Shown piece by piece: positions 54,878 to 58,721 of a stretch of 58,721 bases of DNA (position 1 is its first letter; every line of letters begins with the position of its first letter). A program made the translations under genes and the position numbers. The notes below the pieces were generated by a model that was not told the origin of the DNA, searched no databases, and saw only the letters and a program-made list of their open reading frames with translations. The DNA is taken from the NCBI GenBank assembly GCA_030430245.1, contig JAUIFY010000003.1, forward strand, positions 1-58,721, written 5' to 3'. The stretch comes from a bacterium (GTDB lineage Bacteria > Desulfobacterota > Binatia > UBA12015).

Positions 54878-55840
54878 CTACGGAGCGCCGGCCGGGCCCG
54901 CGGCGGCCGCCCGTCGCTCGGGCACTTCGAGCGCCACGCCGGTCAGGCGCGAGGAGACCTCCCACAGCGTGTCGATCGCCTTCTGCATCCCGAACACGCG
55001 CAAGATCGGCTTCCGCACGGGTGGGCCGTTGTTGACGAACAGAGGGCCGTAGAACTCGCCGCCTTTGGCGTCGGGGTCGGTCGCGGCTCGGAGCTGGGAG
55101 AGCGCGCCGCGCTCTGTCGTCATGCCGGTCGTGCCGGCGAGCCAATGGAAGAACTTCTGGAGCACGGCTCCGTCGCTCTCCTGAACGCTGGTCTCCTGGA
55201 GGTCGGAGTCGGTGAGGCCCGGGTGGGCGACGAGGCTTTGCGCCTTCGCGCCCGCCGCCTCGAAGCGCTGCTGCAGGCCGATCGCGAAGTGGAAATTCGC
55301 GAGCTTGGACTGGCCGTACGCCGTCCAGGCTTCGTACTTGCCCTCGAGGTTCGGGTTGTTGGGATCGATTGGCCGACCCATGTGGTGGGCGGTGCTGCTG
55401 ACGGAGACGACCCGCGCCGCGGGCGCGCGGAGGAGGGCGGGCAACAGGTGCGCCGTCAGTGCGAAGTGGCCCAGGTGGTTCACGCCGAGCTGCATCTCGA
55501 AGCCGTCCGTCGTCCGGCGCTCGGGTACGGCCATCACACCGGCGTTGTTCACGAGGATGTCGATCGTCTCGTGAGCGGCCAGGATCTGATCGGCCGCGCG
55601 GCGCACCGAATCGAGGGATCCCAGGTCGAGGGGGACCAGCTCGAGACGGGCGTCGGGGCAGTCGGCGCGGATGCTCTCGATCGCAGCCCGTGCCTTGTCC
55701 CGATTGCGTGCGGCCATGACGACGTGTGCGCGGGCGCGCGCAAGGGCGCGCGCGGTCTCGAGGCCGAGGCCTCCGTTCGCGCCGGTCACGACGGCGACCT
55801 TTCCCTCGAGGTCGGGGATGTCCTTTGCGGTCCAGCTCAT
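54878..55840 (-). CDS. Short-chain dehydrogenase/reductase (retinol-dehydrogenase/WWOX-like subgroup)
   Basis: ATG at 55840 ([26 protein letters not shown]). Motifs NNAGVM and YGQSKLAN. Confidence 0.85.
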   Translation of the reverse strand: MSWTAKDIPDLEGKVAVVTGANGGLGLETARALARARAHVVMAARNRDKARAAIESIRADCPDARLELVPLDLGSLDSVRRAADQILAAHETIDILVNNAGVMAVPERRTTDGFEMQLGVNHLGHFALTAHLLPALLRAPAARVVSVSSTAHHMGRPIDPNNPNLEGKYEAWTAYGQSKLANFHFAIGLQQRFEAAGAKAQSLVAHPGLTDSDLQETSVQESDGAVLQKFFHWLAGTTGMTTERGALSQLRAATDPDAKGGEFYGPLFVNNGPPVRKPILRVFGMQKAIDTLWEVSSRLTGVALEVPERRAAAAGPAGAP

Positions 55841-56048
55841 GTCGATGGCCTCCGTTCTCGGTCGATCCGCCTTCCCACCAGGTGACTCGTCCATGGCTGG
55901 AGCGCAAGGCCAGCGTCGATGCGGTCGCCGATTCGAAGCGCCCGTGCCACGGGGTGGGCGATGGGCTCCATTGGTGCCGTCGGGGCGGCCTCCGACGAGG
56001 AGGCGGATCGCTGGGCCGGCGACCTCCGGCGGGTCGAAACGGGGTCCG

Positions 56049-56315
56049 TCAGCGCTGCGTCTCGCCCGCGCCGCGGCTCCGATACCACCGGGCGATTCCG
56101 ATCGTGCTCATCACGAGCCACGTCGACTCGAGCACGGCCGCGGAGAGGTTGAACTCGCGGGAGAGCGAGACCAGGACGAGGGCGGCTCCGAGCCAGTTCA
56201 GGATCGAGTAGCCGAGGTCCTCGGCGCGCATCCGGCCCAGCTGGAGGAGTCCGTACGCGGCCAGGATCGAGGCGACGCCGAGACCGCCCAGCAGGTCGTG
56301 CCATTCGAGATTCAT
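56049..56315 (-). CDS. 88-aa three-helix membrane protein (hypothetical)
   Basis: ATG at 56315 ([26 protein letters not shown]...). Three hydrophobic segments and a basic C-terminal tail. Confidence 0.55.
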   Translation of the reverse strand: MNLEWHDLLGGLGVASILAAYGLLQLGRMRAEDLGYSILNWLGAALVLVSLSREFNLSAAVLESTWLVMSTIGIARWYRSRGAGETQR

Positions 56316-56476
56316 GTCGATCTCCCGGGGCGCATGACGCGAGTATTCCAGATCGCGATCGGGATCGCCCACGCTCGAACGAGGTGTCTCGGGGCGCCGC
56401 ATCGGCCGATCGGGCCGAACCTCGTTCCGGTCGGCTTCGCGATGCGATAGAAGCCGTGCATCGAAGGAGTTCGTTC

Positions 56477-58721
56477 ATGACGCTACGCATTGCTCTGGTG
56501 CCGTTGGTCGTCGCCCCCCTCGTTCTCGCGACGGTGGCGCGCCACGCGAACGCGCAGAACGAGGCGGCCCCCGGCTTCCTCGAGGACGTCGAGACCGAAG
56601 AGGAGCCGGCGGCCGGGATCGACATGGAGGTCGATGACACCGCCGCGGAGGCCGAGCGCCTGGAGTCGGGCAACCTGGCCGGGATGCCCCGGCGGCGGGC
56701 GGCACAGGTCGAGGAGATCGTCGTCAGTGCGCGGCGTCGTGAGGAGATGCTCGAGGACACGCCCATCTCGGTGACCGCGGTGAGCGCGGACACCCTGGTC
56801 GAGGCCCAGGTGACGCGACTCAACGAGCTCCAGTTCCTGGTCCCCAATCTTCAGATCGGTGTCGGACGAGGTGGAGTCGGTGGCGATCTGCGGATTCGCG
56901 GCGTCGGGCCGACCGAGTCGGGCGACCCCGGCGTGGGAACCTACGTCGACGGCATCTTTCTCCAGACGGGGGGTGGGCAGATTCTGAACGTCGTCGACGT
57001 CGCGCAGGTCGAGGTGCTCCGTGGCCCTCAGGGGACGCTCTTTGGAAAGAACACGCTCGGCGGCGCGGTGAACTACACGACCGTCGCGCCGGATGACGAG
57101 CTGACGGGATCGGTGTGGCTTCGCGCAGGCCGCTTCAACACGCTCGAGACGCGAGCGATGCTCAGCGTGCCCGTCGAGGTAGGAGCCTTGAAGGACAAGG
57201 TGTTCACGCGCTGGTCCTTCGCGTCGTCGAACTCGGACGGCTACACCTACAACCGCGCGCTGGACCAGTATCACAACGACCGCAGCGCCCTGTGGTTCCT
57301 CGGCAAGGTTCGCGTTCTGCCCATCGACGATCTCGAGATCAACGTCAACGCGAACTACTTCCAGAACAAGACGAACGGGGCGGGCGGACGGTGTCTCGAG
57401 GTGGCGGAGGCCATGCCGTCGATTCGCAACCTCCTTCTCATCGCCAACCCGAACTTCTTCGCAAAGTGCAACGCGACACAGCCGTACGAGTTCTCGACGC
57501 CGTCGCAGATGCTCTATCAGGACACGGACTACGGACTGTGGGGCTGGATCGAGTACGGCTTCGGTGAGGTAGGCATCTTCGACGACCTGAGCGCGAAGCT
57601 TCTGGGCTCGTGGCGCAAGAACGAGAACCGGACGCGGGAGGACATCGATCTCACCGAAGACCTCATCATCACGCTCACGAATCTCAACATCGGCGACGTC
57701 CAGGGCGAGCCGTCGCGGACTGACGCGAGCCTGGTCGAGGGGCAGGTGTTCGGCACGGCCTTCGACGGCACCGTGACGGGAGTCGCGGGGTTCTTCGCGA
57801 GTTGGCAGAACAACGAGGTCGCGAATCTCATCCGAACCAATCCGCCGACTCTCGACCAGGTCGGGGGCTTCACTCTCGGTCCGGTCGAGAGAGACGACCG
57901 GGACTGGGCCTTCTACGGTCAGGCGACGTGGAGTCCGCTCGATTGGCTGAGTCTGACCGGTGGCATCCGCTACACGAGCGAGACGCGCGGAGTGACGCGC
58001 GAGACGATCTTCCCCCTGGGGGACGGGACTACGAGCGATCCCGTCGTGACCTCCGCCGGCGCCGACAGCAAGGAGTTCACGCAGTGGACGCCGATGGCGA
58101 GTCTACAGTTGATCGCTCCGGGCGATCTGCTCGACGCCGCGTCTCTCGACCACCTCATGGGGTACTTCACCTATGCGAAGGGCTTCTCGAGCGGCGGCTT
58201 CAACGCGGTGGTCGGCAGCACGGGCGACGTCGGCGGTCTCATCCCGTTCGATCCGGCGACTCTCGACAACTTCGAGATCGGCTTCAAGACCGTCGGCTTC
58301 GAGCAGCGTGCGACGTTCAACATCGCGCTCTTCTACATGGACTATCAAGACATCCAGGTGACGCAGGCGCGCACTGTCTACGTGCCGGGGCAGGAGCTGC
58401 CCGAGAACGTCCGGCTGATCGTCAACGCGTCGTCCGCGACGCTGAAGGGGATCGAGGCCGAGGTGATGACCCGGCCCATCGACGGGCTGCTGATCACCGG
58501 GAACATCGGCGTGCTGGATTCCTCCTACGGCGACTTCCCGGACATCTCGGCGCTCGATGCGGTCTCCGAGATCAACCGCGAGGGCGAGACGTTCAATCAG
58601 GTGCCGGAGTTCACGAGCTACCTGGCCGTGCAGTACTCGTTCGACGTCGGCGTCGGACCGGAGTGGCTGGATGGATGGCTCACGCCGCGCGTCGACTGGT
58701 ACTACCAGAGCTCCGTTCACA
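56477..58721 (+). CDS. TonB-dependent receptor (3' end outside window)
   Basis: It is absent from the ORF track because no stop is reached. AAGGAG (56465-56470) precedes ATG 56477. Signal MTLRIALVPLVVAPLVLATVARHANA, TonB-box-like EEIVVSA, plug motifs (VEVLRGPQGTLFGKNTLGGAVNY), and barrel motifs shared with the receptor at 1-1247. Confidence 0.9.
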   Translation, partial: MTLRIALVPLVVAPLVLATVARHANAQNEAAPGFLEDVETEEEPAAGIDMEVDDTAAEAERLESGNLAGMPRRRAAQVEEIVVSARRREEMLEDTPISVTAVSADTLVEAQVTRLNELQFLVPNLQIGVGRGGVGGDLRIRGVGPTESGDPGVGTYVDGIFLQTGGGQILNVVDVAQVEVLRGPQGTLFGKNTLGGAVNYTTVAPDDELTGSVWLRAGRFNTLETRAMLSVPVEVGALKDKVFTRWSFASSNSDGYTYNRALDQYHNDRSALWFLGKVRVLPIDDLEINVNANYFQNKTNGAGGRCLEVAEAMPSIRNLLLIANPNFFAKCNATQPYEFSTPSQMLYQDTDYGLWGWIEYGFGEVGIFDDLSAKLLGSWRKNENRTREDIDLTEDLIITLTNLNIGDVQGEPSRTDASLVEGQVFGTAFDGTVTGVAGFFASWQNNEVANLIRTNPPTLDQVGGFTLGPVERDDRDWAFYGQATWSPLDWLSLTGGIRYTSETRGVTRETIFPLGDGTTSDPVVTSAGADSKEFTQWTPMASLQLIAPGDLLDAASLDHLMGYFTYAKGFSSGGFNAVVGSTGDVGGLIPFDPATLDNFEIGFKTVGFEQRATFNIALFYMDYQDIQVTQARTVYVPGQELPENVRLIVNASSATLKGIEAEVMTRPIDGLLITGNIGVLDSSYGDFPDISALDAVSEINREGETFNQVPEFTSYLAVQYSFDVGVGPEWLDGWLTPRVDWYYQSSVH

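Noticed and set aside
54561-55907. Upstream 449 codons of the 1302-aa minus-strand ORF 51999-55907
   Set aside because: It overlaps the SDR gene (54878-55840) in a different frame and crosses a 317-bp spacer. The internal ATG at 54560 has a Shine-Dalgarno sequence and a signal peptide.
56316-56476. Cobalamin or other riboswitch upstream of the TonB-dependent receptor
   Set aside because: The leader is only about 160 nt and I could not find a B12-box-like motif or the expected multi-stem arrangement.
1-58721. Window ends as an assembly overlap or circular element, because both ends encode similar receptor sequence
   Set aside because: The two receptor segments differ at many nucleotide and amino-acid positions. 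They cover homologous but non-identical regions, so they are paralogs, not the same sequence read twice.

Overview
This is a GC-rich chromosomal segment; nearly every third codon position in the real genes is G or C. It comes from a diderm bacterium, judged from lipobox lipoproteins, two TonB-dependent receptors and an RND efflux operon. I support about 50 protein-coding genes. By eye I recognised no rRNA, tRNA, CRISPR array, transposase, integrase or phage genes. Many of the longest ORFs in the supplied track are antisense or out-of-frame artefacts of the GC content (Arg/Pro/Gly-rich, no motifs) and are rejected. Gene content by region: (i) 1-7.6 kb holds a receptor tail, a secreted beta-helix protein, a HAD hydrolase, a sugar isomerase, SDR and MDR oxidoreductases and an APH-type kinase. 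(ii) 8-13 kb holds a PHP/DUF3604-like lipoprotein and a translationally coupled symporter / 48-aa micro-ORF / PhyH dioxygenase unit. (iii) 13.1-24 kb is a lipid/alicyclic-aromatic catabolic cluster: thiolase, two acyl-CoA dehydrogenases, split-barrel flavoprotein, crotonase, acyl-CoA ligase, Rieske oxygenase alpha/beta, Ddn-like deazaflavin enzyme, 3-alpha-HSD-like SDR, VOC protein and a tiny CCxxHCxxC protein. (iv) 24-38 kb mixes TetR, CMD/AhpD-like, deacetylase, VOC, divergent Nramp-like, OYE, DapA-like, O-methyltransferase, pyruvate kinase and Baeyer-Villiger monooxygenase genes. (v) Several large secreted or lipoprotein orphans have internal duplications or Cys-rich repeats (27.7-29.0, 38.8-41.3, 43.0-44.8 and 52.0-54.6 kb). 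(vi) A TetR-MFP-RND operon sits at 45.9-50.9 kb, and a second, paralogous TonB-dependent receptor runs off the right edge. The least explained signals are non-coding. One is a perfect 28-bp inverted repeat enclosing a less GC-rich 69-nt core at 1247-1371. The other is a densely repeated, AT-richer intergenic element at 7681-7920, whose 13-mer GGGGACGTTCGTT recurs at 44838-44850. The orphan secreted proteins are the other main unexplained items. I cannot assign a single new system with confidence. All functional calls are motif-level recognition without database searches.
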